This document shows positions 1 through 13,498 of a stretch of DNA of 64,000 nucleotides, in pieces; the stretch's first letter is position 1, and each line of letters opens with the position of its first letter. The notes beneath the pieces are model-generated. The model ran no database searches and was not told the origin of the DNA. It saw only the letters and a list, made by a program, of their open reading frames with translations. Location: assembly GCA_964016885.1 (NCBI GenBank), contig OZ024763.1:25420001-25484000 (forward strand), read 5' to 3'. A program made the position numbers and the translations under genes. Source of the stretch: Eledone cirrhosa (lineage: Eukaryota).

Positions 1-1293
1 AAGGGTAAACATTTCTGTAGAATGCTTAATCACTTTCACGAACAGGTTGTTCTGTTGATCGAGTCAACTGGAACACTCACCGTCGTAACTGACGGAATAC
101 CATATTATATATATATATATATATTCAGGCAAAAGCCCAGAAATTTAAGTGAAGCCAATCGATTTAATTGATTATATTATTTGACTGGTATTGTTTTATC
201 TGCTCCAAAAATAAAAATTGAAAATTAATCTCGCCAGGATTTACATCGAGAATACAAAGAGGTGAGGTTAGAAATAATAAATAGAAATTTTAATACTTCA
301 TAGTTGAGATTGTAAGGTGGTGTCAGGAGTTCAATCTTTAGTCAGGAATATAGAGTTGACTTTAATTATTTTAATGAACAAAAACAAACATATACATAGT
401 TTCATCTAGTTGATGTTACATGACATTTCTGTAAAGCACATCATTATAGGTTCAAATATTGTACATTTACATATAGTATTTATCTATATAGGGATCAGGT
501 TTGACAAATAAATACGTCGCACTAGGCTGGAATCGATAACACACACAGGTATGACAGATTAGAGGTTATCGAGCAGTATTGTCAACGGTGTTAATGTAGG
601 TTCAAATCAACTCTAGAGCGATGATAAACAAAATCCAGATTTACTTTACTAAAACCGCAGAGTGAGGAAAGACAAGGTCGACCCTTTCTAGTAGCAATAA
701 CACTGGGAGGAATGAAGCTCTGAGAATGTTGAAGGGGACAGAGGAGTGCATCCTGGTTTGGTACGTATTCCCAGTTAACGCGGTATATAAATAGCAGTCT
801 CTTGTGACTTAACACGTGATGTTCACCGTTGCCGTGTAGTTACCGCTCCTGCTAAACACTCTGACAGCTTCCTATAACGTCGAAAGAAGATCGTGGTTTT
901 TCTCTCTTATCACATACACTTTTATATCTATTAGATAACAACATACAAAAGAAAGAAGCGAAATGAAAATGTCAGTGTTTAAAAAGTCCCATCTATTTCA
1001 TTAGAGCTAATGTTGTAGTAACGTTTGGAAATGTTGTAGAAACGTCAGAGTTTGTGACGGGATACGTCGAATGGAGGAAACAACAATACGAATCATTTGG
1101 AGACAAACTGATTTATTTCAGAAGAAGGACAATTAACATTTTCAACGGTATAATACAATATACTGAAAATCGAAATGAGAAATTTATTGATTTGGAAATA
1201 TTACAGATACTTTACATATTTTTCGGAATATAAATCTCATTTTATTTTAAAGAAAAACTGTTTTGAGGGAAGAGTTAATATGTAGCTATAATT

Positions 1294-1505
1294 ACGAGTG
1301 TCTACTGAAAAGTTCATAGTCTGACCAAGATACTCTCATGGAATGACCTCATGAGGTGTATAATACAACATAGACCCTGGAAAGAAACACGTAGTTATTA
1401 ATATGAAGAGCTGCAATTAATGCTTGTAAGATTTCACAACTCTAGCATCACTCCTTCACAGGCTGACAAAGATACTCTCATGGAATGACCAAATGAGGTT
1501 TATAA
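1294..1505. mobile_element. Mariner-like terminal fragment with local duplication
   Basis: TA-CGAGTGTCTACTGAAAAGTTC resembles a mariner TIR. The segment ctgaccaagatactctcatggaatgacc occurs twice (~1321 and ~1463). Confidence 0.4.
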
Positions 1506-1927
1506 TTACCTTCACTATATAGAACGCAAGCAAGTTTTTATATCGAATTATGATGTTAAAATGTCTTTTATTTCCCTCCCCCAAGAATTGGGAATATATA
1601 TACATTTAAATTTAATGGTGGTTAAGCGTGTTAAAGAAAACACAGCAGATAGATATACCTCCTTTGCCTAGCTAAATAAATGGTGCGATACCACTTCGAA
1701 TATTGTTTGGGCGTTTGGTCACCCGACCTCCAAAATAACAGAATCTATTGAAGGAATCCAGAGAAACATGAAAAACCAAAACTCTTAAGAAATCTTTGTT
1801 TCGAAAGATGTAAAACCTAGGAATTGCTATTCTTGGGGAGATAAAGCTAAGAATATTCTTGGGGAGATAAAGCTATGAATATGCCTACACTATTCTAGAT
1901 AAATGCAAAGTCTTGAAAATATAAATC

Positions 1928-2063
1928 CAGGTAAAATTCCGTTATAACGAATACGATTATAACGAATTTTTTTTTTACAATCCCCGAGGTAATAACAAAC
2001 AAACAAACTATTTGTTTCGGTCGATCTCATTATGAATTGTTCGTTATAACAGAATTTCACTGT
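1928..2063. mobile_element. Tigger/pogo-like MITE
   Basis: Terminal inverted repeats CAGGTAAAATTCCGTTATAACGA ... TCGTTATAACAGAATTTCACTG followed by TA. A partial copy lies at ~42705-42750. Confidence 0.6.
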
Positions 2064-2409
2064 ATTAGTAGATTATTCCAATGTAAAACCCTAAGAATTG
2101 CAAGTTCATTGGAGTTAAGTTAAACGTTAGGCATGATAGAAATATTTAAAATGATAAATGAACTTCGAAATACAGTTTTCCCGACGATAAAATATATTGT
2201 GTTTAAAAAGAAATACTCGAAAGACATAATTAGTGAATGGAATACTTTGTCAAGTCGTTTAGTAAACAACAAAGGAAATACTTTTAAAGTTATAAATATA
2301 ACTGATATAAGATGTATGGATAGTTTAGAATATAATGGATGTTGAGTCAAACCAAGTGGACTGAACTGTCGGGAATTTGAACCTGGGACGACACTTTCGT
2401 AATGTCTCG

Positions 2410-3140
2410 CTGTTATAACCTTAATACTTAATCATATGGACATGAAAATATAATTGTTAATACAGTATTCCAGAATTAAAATATAGATCTAATTGGAAGA
2501 GGTGAATGTTATAACTTTTATAAGAAATAATGATCTAAAGACGAAAGAAAATTTCATCAACAAAATCGTAATGTACACCAAAGAAAATATATGTCTACAG
2601 AATACAGATTAGTAAAATAAAGTTAGAAGCAAATAAATGAGAGGTCACTTAACTTTACATATTTTGTTTTATTTATATCGTGAAAAATGTTGATCTTCAG
2701 ATATTAAATTGTGGATGTGATTGTCTTTATCTTTACGTGTTTGTTGGAAATCATTTTCTAATATTGTTTTTTTTTTTTTAAATTAATTTTAGATTATTTG
2801 TACCTCATCTCTGTGGTTCCTTATATGGAGTCTACCAGTTTTGTTTATTGGTTTTATTTTAAAAGTGATCCATTGGATCATCAGATATTAAAATGAAATG
2901 TTACGTAAAAGACACAGCTTATGTTTATCCCAGGTATTTAGATAGATGTGCATTGTCAACAAAATAATACAATAAGGAAATGCCATCATCCAGTAAAACT
3001 TGGTAATAATCCAGTCTCGTCACAGTCACCATTTACAGTAAACAATAGTAAGAACAAACAAAAACAAGAGAACTATTCAGCAGTTAATGAAGTGAATACA
3101 TAAATTTAAAAAAAAACATTCCCGAATAAAATAAATTTTT
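2410..3140. repeat. Duplicated block, paralog of 19725-20425
   Basis: Long colinear similarity seen by eye (e.g. gaaataatgatctaaagacg; aatgagaggtcacttaactttacatatt; gccatcatccagtaaaacttggtaataatccagt). A third partial copy lies at ~18195-18380. Confidence 0.85.
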
Positions 3141-3388
3141 TACTTTCATTAAATTGTTTCTTTACTTTCTTTTATAAAACACACTTATTAATAGAAAATA
3201 AGCACAGCATTGTAGGTTCAAATCTTACTTGCATTATAGGAACCACGTTTAACAATTTACGTGTACGACGTACTAAGCTGGAATGAGGTATGACATTATT
3301 GCAGACGGAGTTGTTGTAGGTTCAAATCAAGCCTAGAGCAATGAGAAATACAGTCTAGATTTACTTTATGAATTCAAGGACATCCCGA

Positions 3389-4088
3389 AAAAGCCATGAA
3401 CGCCACTACATCGAATTTTCAACCGAAAAAATGTAATTTTAAAAATATTAATTTTCACGACGAATTCGTACATTCTCTCTGACCCAGTGGTATGTATTAG
3501 AAACGGTGAAATCGTGGTCTAGGGTTCAATCTCTCTCAGGTATGGGTATTATTAATTTTTAGTTTACCTCTTCTAAAATAAAAACCATTAAAAAGTAAGT
3601 TTATAAATATTAATTTTCACTACGATTTCGTAACCGTCTCAGTGGTCTACTGGTAGATATTAGAGACAGTGGTGATACTGATTAGAGGTTCGATCTCTGT
3701 CAGATGTACACTAAAAACCTGGTACAGAAATTTTGTTTTTATAAAAAAATTGAAAAAATAGGTTTATAAATATTAATTTTCAATAAGTTTCTATAAGCGT
3801 CTCCGTGGACTAGTGGGAAGTATTAGAGGAGAGGTGGTGAAGATACTGGAGTTCGATCTTAGTCAGATTCCTGCAACCTCTATTTTTCGTTCATTTTATG
3901 AAAAATTAAAAAAAATTAAATTTCTCGAGAGATTCCTGACTGAGATTGAACCCCAGACCAGCATCACCACTGCCCCAACACCTATCAATAGCCTACCGAG
4001 ACAACTACAAAAATACTATCAAAATTAAAATTTATAAACCTACTTTCTATTTAAAAGAAAAATTGATGTAGTAAGCCTTCATGGCTTT
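3389..4088. mobile_element. TIR-bounded element containing three tandem and one inverted tRNA-like units
   Basis: Ends AAAGCCATGAAcgccACTACATCgAATTTT and AAAATTGATGTAGTaagccTTCATGGCTTT are inverted. Internal units have a ~162-bp period and carry A-box-like (gtggtctactggtag) and B-box-like (ggttcgatc) motifs; one unit is inverted at ~3935-4040. Confidence 0.55.
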
Positions 4089-6162
4089 CCCAATGATATT
4101 AATTCAAAATGGTTCACTTTCATTTTTATTCTTCTCGTGCTTCCATAAAATATACCTTATCATTTCTCTAGGGTTGATTTCATCCTACAACCTGATGATC
4201 TGCAGGGACATTCATCAATGGCCATACCGGATTATATATATATATATGTGTGTGTGTGTGTTATATTTGATCCTGCAATGTTGTGCTCAGCAATAATGGT
4301 TTTCAATTCCGTCTTCCCTCCATCCTTGGTGTGTATATAAATCTATATATGTGATTTCAACGTACAATGACAATATATACATCATTTTTGTTTGATAATA
4401 ATTTGATAAAAACTAATTCTACAACCCCTGATAAACATTGAAACCACGACTATAAAATATAACAACAACCACGACATAACAGCTTTGGTTAAATATAATT
4501 TAATTAAATTATTGCTAGAGATTGATCCCTAATATTTCTTCTCACTCCTTAACCAGGGAGAAAATGTCCTCGGACTCGGACATAATTGATAAGGAGAGAG
4601 TGTATCCATACTTGGAAAGTCGTTTCAGTTAACATGGTATATAAAAGGCAGTAATAGGTGACTTGTTACTCCTACGAACGACATTGTCAGTTAGCCTTCT
4701 ATAGCGAGGGAAGAAGGCTGCGTGTTTTTTCTCCTCTCACATAACACATACATTTGTCATTCATTAGATATCAATATACAAGAGAAAGAAAAAATTGAGA
4801 GCTTCACTCTTTTAAAAGTAACATTTATTACATTAGAGCAAAATCATGAATTAACGATAGTTTGTGACACTAAACATGGAAACACTGCGAACAATTTTGA
4901 GACAAGCTAATTACTATGAGGACAAATCTTCAACGCCAAGATATTTCTAAAGAAAATTGAAATGAGAAATTGATTGAAATGGAATAATTATTGAGACACC
5001 TTACAATATTTTTCGGGATATGTCTTACCTTATTTTGAAGAAATAAATGTTTCGAGAAAGAGTTAATAAGAAGCTATATATATATACATTGCTTATATAT
5101 ATATATACTTTAATTATTATATTTGTACAACGAAGTTATAAAAAGGAAGCATGATTTGGTATCGAATGTGGAGCAAAAAACGAGCTTCTTATACCCCTCA
5201 CAGAAGAATTGTGAATATGTATGAATATGAATTGAAAGATGGCTAACCATGTTGAAGCAAAAGAGGGAGACGGATAATAGAAATAATAAAACATTCTGTT
5301 CCCTAGCTAATTGCTGAAAAATCTAAAACTCTAGATGAATATGTATGATACCACTGAGAAAATTGTCAACCGACATCCGTAAAAACGGTGAGGCTCTTGA
5401 AGCAACCAAGAGAAGAAGAAAACAGAAAACACTATAATTATTTAAGGATCTATCTTGTGAAAGAAATGTGAACTTTTGTAAATTTAGAGAAGATAAATCT
5501 TAGGGGAGCAGGATAAAAATATAAAGACTATTTAAATATTAGTACACTATTCCATATAAATGTCAAGACTTGAAGATATCAACATTAGTTCACTATACCA
5601 AGGACAAACACTTAGAATTACAACTTTGGAGGAGATTAATCAAACGAGTGACATGATAGAAATATTTAAAATAATGAAAGCACTTCAAAATACAGAATTG
5701 GGGAAGAAAATGAAAATTAATAGATATATAAACCTACTTTCTATTTTCGAAGCTTAATTGACGTGGTGGCGTTCATACCCTTCTCAGTCTTATTAATACC
5801 GCAAAGGTGTCGACATGTCTTTTACTATTCTGTAGTTTTCAGAAAATATATCATGATTTTATTTTTATCTCTTTTGGTTTGATTTGAAGCTATAACCACC
5901 TGATGTCCTTCAACTGTCATACCTCAGTGTCTAGATGGTGGCCTTTAAACTTGTGTTGCGTATGCAATAATCGTATCGGCAAATGATGATGGGACCATGT
6001 TGAAGCAACGTTATGTGCATCCTTCCAAATTCGATATGGTAAGCTATGTTCTTTTTATCAGCTTCGGCTTTTATTTATAAACGTTTATGTACGTACGAGT
6101 CTAGATAAGCGTACGTATGTATACCTGTTTAAGCTTGTGTGTATATAAGTATTTATAATAAT

Positions 6163-6444
6163 TGTTTCTACGTTTGGCACAAGGCCAGCAATTACCCAGT
6201 ACATTACTGGTACTTTCTTTTATCGACCCTGTAAGGATGAAAGGCAAAGTTAACCTCGGCGGGATTTGAACTCAGAATGGCAAGGGCCGTAACTCTATAC
6301 GTCAAAGCATGGCGTCCGACCCTCTACTGATACTGCCAATCCACCGCCCTCTAAACAACGCCTTTCATCCTTACGGGATCGATAAAATAAAGTACCAGTA
6401 ATGTACTGGGTAATTGCTGGCCTTGTGCCTAAAGTAGAAACAAT
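6163..6444. mobile_element. tRNA-derived SINE (full length, minus strand) joined head-to-head to an inverted 3' half, under one TSD
   Basis: Minus-strand copy 6163-6349 begins GGCGGTGGATTGGCAG; plus-strand 3' half at 6358-6444. Flanked by the direct repeat tataagtatttataataat (6144-6162 and 6445-6463). Confidence 0.8.
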
Positions 6445-6854
6445 TATAAGTATTTATAATAATGTTGTCCTCCCCACTTTATTGTGACAACTACTACTAT
6501 TAATAATTTTAACAATATTTTTATTATTAATTCCACACGTCTCTTATCCTCAACACTTGCTATGGCTTTCCCTCTTACATGTGATATATACTTACTATAT
6601 ATTTACTAATCAACATTTAATGGAAGGTGTAGAGATGTGTGACGGGACATCTGGCGGAATCCTTAGTGGCGACATGAGAACTCCGTACACCTGTGCACCC
6701 GTATATATTTATATGTATATGTGTGTGTTCATAAGCCCAAATGTCTATGATTATAAGGTAACCCTATGTGTGTTATGTCCATTTCCACATGGCATCTCTG
6801 GTCTTCGATGTTGTCGCCGCCTGCTTTACGTAGCATCTGAACTATCTAATATTT

Positions 6855-7401
6855 ATTCAGAGAGGTTCTCCCGTCATATCACAAATATTCCTTTCTGACT
6901 CACGGAATACTTGTCTAGCATTATCGAGTGAAAGATATAAAAGATATCTCTGATGTATGTATGTAGGGACCTATAACTTGTGAGGGAGTTGTAGAGGTCC
7001 CACATTGACATTCGGGGTGTTCGGGGTATTTTGTATAAGGTGACAGATCCGATCTCTACCCCAGATAGGTTATGTTTTCCTGAGACGGATATAGAGTGAG
7101 AGAAAGGAATTAAGAAAGAGATATAGAAGAATTGACCCCAGTACTACACTGCTACTTCGTTCTAACTACCTCGAATGGTTCAATAGTGGAACAAAATCTT
7201 TGATGTACCTATATAAGTCATACCAGTTCTATTTGTGTGTTTATGTACATATCTGTTTCCGTCAGTGTACGTAGAGTAGCAAGTTCGGTTTTCACACGAG
7301 CAAGCATGTGTCCTGATGGTTTGTCAATCGTTATTATGCTGGTATATATGTGTTTTTAATATATATGTATGAGTATTTGCATAGAAGTGTTTATGCATGT
7401 A

Positions 7402-7434
<33 letters not shown>

Positions 7435-7725
7435 TAAAGAGAAGATATGTATCATAAGAGGAGACAAAAAAGTGTGGTACAGTATACTAGACGCCAATAG
7501 CCGATGCGAGGTGTGCTCAATGCTTAAGGTGCAGAGTTAAATATTAAAGAAGGGTTATTATTTAATGAATATATATGTGTACGTATATATGAAATCGCCC
7601 AGGTTGGGAAACCCTGGGGTAAGCTAAATAAAGATGGAGTTGAGAGATCAGTTTTAAAATAATTATCCCTTCCCTACTTCCCCTTGTCTGTAGACTGTAT
7701 TCTAAATATTATATAACAACCTTAA
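6855..7725. repeat. Duplicated block, paralog of 18950-19735
   Basis: Colinear similarity (cagagaggttctcc..aaatattcctttctgactcac; ttgatgt.cctatataagtcatacc; gttgggaaaccctgg). Confidence 0.85.
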
Positions 7726-8698
7726 TCTATCTATATATATAAAACTGTGGTTGTCTGTCTGTCTATCGATTTTTGGCACACATCTCCTCTTAGAATCTCT
7801 GACGGAATTGCACCGAAATTGCTATACTTGTACATTGAGCCCTAGCGAAGACATCGGAAAAAAAATATTTCAAATTGACCCACCCTATGTGACGAAATCG
7901 AATATAATGTATCGATTTTTGAGCGTAAGTTATCAGTTATTTCCCTTTGTTCTGTTTACATTGAGCGTCTTACGTAAAAAATTACGCTGGCTTTCTCAGC
8001 GTTTAAAATGACATTAACACAATACACGAACAGTTGTCGAGCCAGCAAAATATTGACCTGCAAAATTCATCAGTTCGAACACTAAGCTTCCGTTTTGCTT
8101 CATTTCCATTTAAAAGCATTTTAAAACAATATTTTTACTTGAAAACAAGTCTATTTAAAGACTACGTAAAACAAGCAAATATTTCGTCGTTAGGCGTGCA
8201 GACAGACAGTCGTGCAGAGAGGTGATATACGCGTGCAGACAGACAGTCGTGCAGAGAGGTGATATAGGCGTGCAGACAGACAGTCGTGCAGAGAGGTGAT
8301 ATAGGCGTGCAGACAGACAGTCGTGCAGAGAGGTGATATAGGCGTGCAGACAGACAGTCGTGCAGAGAGGTGATATAGGCGTGCAGACAGACATAACTGA
8401 TAATTTGGTTACGCTAATGTTTTTCTCTGCGTTGCAGTGTTTACATTTTCGATCTTTGTTAATAAATAACCAGTGCAGTTTCTATCCCCAGCATCCTCTT
8501 TTGTTATAACATTCGGGTTATCGTTATGTTTTCTTAACTTCATAAGGCATATTGTTGGTTGAGAGAATATTAATCAAAAACACCACATGCAAGTCTGCAC
8601 AGTAGACACTACAGTTTTTAAGCCAAGAAAGAAACTTAACATTGTAACTTTAACACAGCTACTGAGCGACCCCGAGCAACGCCGGGCTTTACTGCTAG
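7726..8698 (+). mobile_element. Non-autonomous Helitron
   Basis: 5' TC terminus, 3' GC hairpin CCCGagcaacgcCGGG followed by CTAG, inserted between A and T without a TSD. Empty paralogous sites aaccttaa|ta.ttaat are at ~2417 and ~19725. Confidence 0.88.
8192..8392. repeat. 37-bp minisatellite (~5.4 copies) inside the Helitron
   Basis: Unit aggcgtgcagacagacagtcgtgcagagaggtgatat. Confidence 0.95.
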
Positions 8699-8881
8699 TA
8701 CTTAATAATATAGACATGAAAATATAAATGTTAATACAGTATTCCAGAAGTAAAATATAGATCTAATGGGAAGAGGTGAGATTAAAGGTAAATGACACCT
8801 CTCATTTGCAATATTTTTATTGTATTGTTGTATCTAAGTATTATAGATGATTTAAATTTTATTTTGTATAAAAAAAAATAT

Positions 8882-9072
8882 CATTGTTTCTACTTTTGGC
8901 ACAAGGCCAGCAATTATCCCAGTGCATGACTGGTACTTTATTTTATCGACCCCATAAGGATGAAAGGTAAAGTTAACCTCAGCGGGATTTGAACTCAGAG
9001 CGTAAAGGGCCGTGACTCTATGCTGCAAAGCATGGTGTCCGACTCTCTACTAATACTGCCAATCTACTGCCC
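8882..9072 (-). mobile_element. tRNA-derived SINE, dominant family
   Basis: Matches the family consensus ggcacaaggccagcaatt..actggtactttattttatcgacccc.taaggatgaaaggcaaagttaacctc.gcgggatttgaactcag. Confidence 0.9.
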
Positions 9073-9304
9073 TTAAAATTGTATTATATTTCTTATAAAA
9101 AGAAATATAATACAATATTTACAGAACGAAAGCACAAACAAATATATAATATAATATAATATAAAGGAAAGGGAAAGGAAAAACAAAAGAAAAAAAAACA
9201 CAGAAGCTAGATGTTTCGACAGCTAGATCCGAACTAATTTGTTTGCAACGTTTTTTTTTATATGAAATCGTATGTCGAAACAAATTATATTTGGGAAGGG
9301 TCAT

Positions 9305-10029
9305 ATTGTTATAGTATTGCCAGAAATATATAATAAAACAGTTTGGGTTGGGTTGGTTTTGGCTTCCGTATATTCTACATCCCTATAGTTAATTTAGCTG
9401 GCAATCAATGTTTATCATTGATTGACCAACTGTTTATATATATATATATATATTTATTTATAGTCTGAATTCTTTCATCACACACTTGTGACATCATCAG
9501 TGATATTATTGTTTCCTCCCGTTGTATTGTAATGTTTACTTATTCAATTGTTTATTTATTTGTCTCGATTTCCGAATGTGTTTCTATGCGCGTTTTCTGT
9601 TTGGTTTGTGTTCGTGTTTGTATTCTATCTTTGGTCACTAGTGTGTATTTGTATGGTTGTTGTTGTTCCATTCAAGTTTTCTGTTCTACTTCGGTTTTCT
9701 TGGTTCTATTTCAGTTGCTTCCCTAATTCAGGGATTTTATAGTAGATCCTGGCTTTTCTACCACTTTAATCTTTCTTATGGCCTTTGATTGGTTGTTGTA
9801 CCATCATTACAATACAACAGGAAGAAACAATAGTATCACTGATGTCAAAGGTGTGTGACGAAAGAACTCTGGGAGACTATATATATATAAAACTGTTGGT
9901 CAATCAATAAAACATTGATTGGTAGTTAAATTAACTATAGGGATAGATATAAAATATATGGAAGTGAAATCCAACCCAAACCAAAAAGTGAGTTTTATTA
10001 TTTCTGGCAATATAATAATATCCTCCACC

Positions 10030-10071
<42 letters not shown>

Positions 10072-10110
10072 GTGGGGGATATTATATTTCCAGAAATAAT
10101 AAAACTCACT

Positions 10111-10113
<3 letters not shown>
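9305..10113. repeat. Nested long inverted repeats (foldback) with degenerate hammerhead-like cores
   Basis: 9305-9535 is the imperfect reverse complement of 9804-10020. 9984-10030 is inverted again at 10067-10113 around a (TA)n tract. Confidence 0.8.
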
Positions 10114-10155
<42 letters not shown>

Positions 10156-10192
10156 ATATATATATCTATATATATATATATATATATATATA

Positions 10193-10261
<69 letters not shown>

Positions 10262-11038
10262 ATATATATATCTATATATATATATATATCTATATATATA
10301 TATATATCTATATATATATATATATCTATATATATATATATATCTATATATATATATATATCTATATATATATATATATCTATATATATATATATCTATA
10401 TATATATATCTATATATATATATATCTATATATATATATATCTATATATATATATATCTATATATATATATATCTATATATATATATATCTATATATATA
10501 TATATCTATATATATATATATCTATATATATATATCTATATCTATATATATATCTATATATATATATATATCTATATATATATATATCTATATATATATA
10601 TATATATATATATCTATATATATATATATATATATATATCTATATATATATATATATATATATATCTATATATATATATATATATATATATCTATATATA
10701 TATATATATATCTATATATATATATATATATCTATATATATATATATCTATATATATATATATATATCTATATATCTATATATATATATATATATATATA
10801 TATCTATATATATATATATATATATATATCTATATATCTATATATATATATATATATCTATATATATATATATATATATATATATCTATATATATATATA
10901 TATATCTATATATATATATCTATATATATATATATATATCTATATATATATATCTATATATATATATATATCTATATATATATATATATATCTATATATA
11001 TATATCTATATATATATATATATATCTATATATATATA

Positions 11039-11075
<37 letters not shown>

Positions 11076-11420
11076 ATATATATATATATCTATATATATA
11101 TATATATCTATATATATATATATATCTATATATATATATATATCTATATATATATATATATCTATATATATATATATATCTATATATATATATATATCTA
11201 TATATATATCTATATATATATATATATATATATATATCTATATATATATATATATCTATATATATATCTATATATATCTATATATATATATATCTATATA
11301 TATCTATATATATCTATATATCTATATATATCTATATATATATATATCTATATATATATATCTATATATATATATCTATATATATATATATCTATATATA
11401 TATATATCTATATATATATA

Positions 11421-11453
<33 letters not shown>

Positions 11454-11464
11454 ATATATATATA

Positions 11465-11517
<53 letters not shown>

Positions 11518-11568
11518 ATATATATATATATATCTATATATCTATATATATATATATATATATATATA

Positions 11569-11605
<37 letters not shown>

Positions 11606-11670
11606 ATATATATATATATATCTATATATATATATATATATATCTATATATATATATATATATATATATA
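10114..11670. repeat. ~1.55-kb (TA)n microsatellite with TC interruptions
   Basis: Directly visible in the sequence. Confidence 0.98.
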
Positions 11671-11826
11671 GTAATAATAATAAATTTGAAGACTAAAATC
11701 CAAAGAGGGCTCGATAAGGATAAATATATATCAAATATATAAGAACCGTAGAGAAAATATTTATTAAAATAACAGATCCCGTTAAGGGTGAAAGCAGCGA
11801 TTCTTTGCTTAAACTTTAATCTGTTA

Positions 11827-11863
<37 letters not shown>

Positions 11864-11989
11864 GTATGTATATGTATTCCCCATTTCTCTTTTTCTATTT
11901 ATCATCTATTTATTTTTGAAATAACTTTTTATAGTAATGGGCTAGAATGGTTTGACGTTGTACCTCTGTAGTTAGACGACTTAGATTTT

Positions 11990-12215
11990 CCATGCATTAT
12001 GGCGTGAAACGACAGAGTACAAGACTCCACCCTGGACAGGGCGCCAGTCCATCGCAGGGTTAAACCCCCATCTATTGTTGGTACTCATTTTCAGCTGAGT
12101 TTACTGGAGCAACGTGAAATGAAGTGTTTTGCTCAAGAACACAACACAGAACCCAGGAATCGAACCCACGATGTTATGATTGTAAGTCCAAGACCCTTAC
12201 CACTAGGCCACGTGC
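11990..12215 (-). mobile_element. CORE/V-like tRNA-derived SINE
   Basis: Reverse complement reads ggcacgtggcctagtggtaagggtc..ggttcgattcc..ttcttgagcaaaacacttcatttcacgttgctccagtaaactcagctg. Confidence 0.75.
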
Positions 12216-12822
12216 CTCTACACACACACACACACACACACGCGTTACCCTTCTACAACTACACGCATACTGATATCCCCTCCTGTTCAAAAGCCCCTAC
12301 ACTATCTCCATGTTAGCCCCCCCACACACACACACACACTACTCTCGCCATGTTTGTCCCCCCATCACACACTCGCCATGTTTACCCCCCCCCCCACCAC
12401 CACCACCACCGCACTCTTCATGTTAGCCCCCCACATACACACACACCACACTCTTCATGTTAGCCATATTACCTCCACATTGTTGTCTATATATTCTCTA
12501 AATTAACCCCCACGCAAAAAATTACCCCCCTACTCACACACAAACTGTTCATATAACAAATATTGTTTTAATTTTGTAGTGACCCAGTCCCGTCCTGGCA
12601 ACCTTACAGAAGAAGGGGGCGTCATTGTTCTGGCTGACCACACCAATACCCACCCATTTATTTGCCCTCTGTCAACATAAACGTTTAATATTATCTCTGA
12701 GATTGGTCTGGCTGTCTACCATCTCCAGTTTAAACTGACCGGAGATGGTAAACAACACTGTATATCTATGGTAAGTATTGATGGTTTATATTAAGGCTGT
12801 GTATATGTATGTTTGTGTGTAT

Positions 12823-13049
12823 TTAACACTTTAGCATTCACATTACTCTATATCTACTATTGTATTTTCACAGTAAAGACTTGATCTCACATAATTATTC
12901 ACATCGAATCTGAGATTTTGATGATGATATTATTTACTTTGAAAACAATACCTTAACATCAGTATGTGTGGCTAGTTACGGTCGGTTTGAACAGAAAGAG
13001 GTGAGATAATTCTGGCCAGATATGGCCGGTTTAAATGCTAAAGGGTTAA
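12823..13049. mobile_element. TTAA-flanked (piggyBac-type) MITE
   Basis: TTAAcactttagcatt ... aatgctaaagggTTAA. An inverted sibling lies at 56163-56368. Confidence 0.7.
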
Positions 13050-13173
13050 ACATGCGTATGTGTTCTCCCGGTCTCTGTCTCTCTCTCTCTGATGAGATGG
13101 GCTCCACCAGGTTTATAAATGCCCAAGGCACACTCTACATCTCTATGGAGCCCCGACTCCTCCAAGAGTTGGG

Positions 13174-13285
<112 letters not shown>

Positions 13286-13498
13286 GCAAGTAGAAGGGAG
13301 AGAGAACGTGAGATGGGAGACACATACATGTATGTGTCTCTCCCATCTCAGGTTCTCTCTCTCTTCTACTTACACACAGACACGCACGCGCACACACACA
13401 CACAGTCTACAGTCAACACACAATCTACATTCTCCCTCCCTTCCTTCCCTCAGCCACAATAACCTTCCACCACCACCACAAAAATTCAGCCACAAATA

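Larger units (their letters stand above)
1040..2290 (+). mobile_element. Highly decayed CR1/L2-type LINE reverse-transcriptase C-terminal remnant
   Basis: Frameshifted peptides VRYHFEYCLGVWSP..IEGIQR (~1682-1765), MIEIFKMIN (2133) and IISEWNTLSS..NTFK resemble CR1 motifs VRPHLEYC..WSP..LERVQR, DLIEVFK and VVNLWNSLP. Diverged copies lie at ~4850-5700 and ~17870-18150. Confidence 0.6.

Noticed and set aside
3475-3870. tRNA genes
   Set aside because: Only A/B-box-like motifs are seen; no complete cloverleaf could be folded by eye.
9919-11742. 607-aa ORF and the many other IY/YI, HT, CV and SL-rich ORFs (e.g. 16690-17981, 44308-45333, 56475-59056)
   Set aside because: Translations of (TA)n, (CA)n and (CT)n microsatellites that lack stop codons; not proteins.
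2690-13110. Other CTGANGA hits (2693-, 2878-, 4192+, 8067-, 13088+; also 30690+ and 58706+)
   Set aside because: No correctly placed GAAA, NUH triplet and helices, so not counted as hammerheads.
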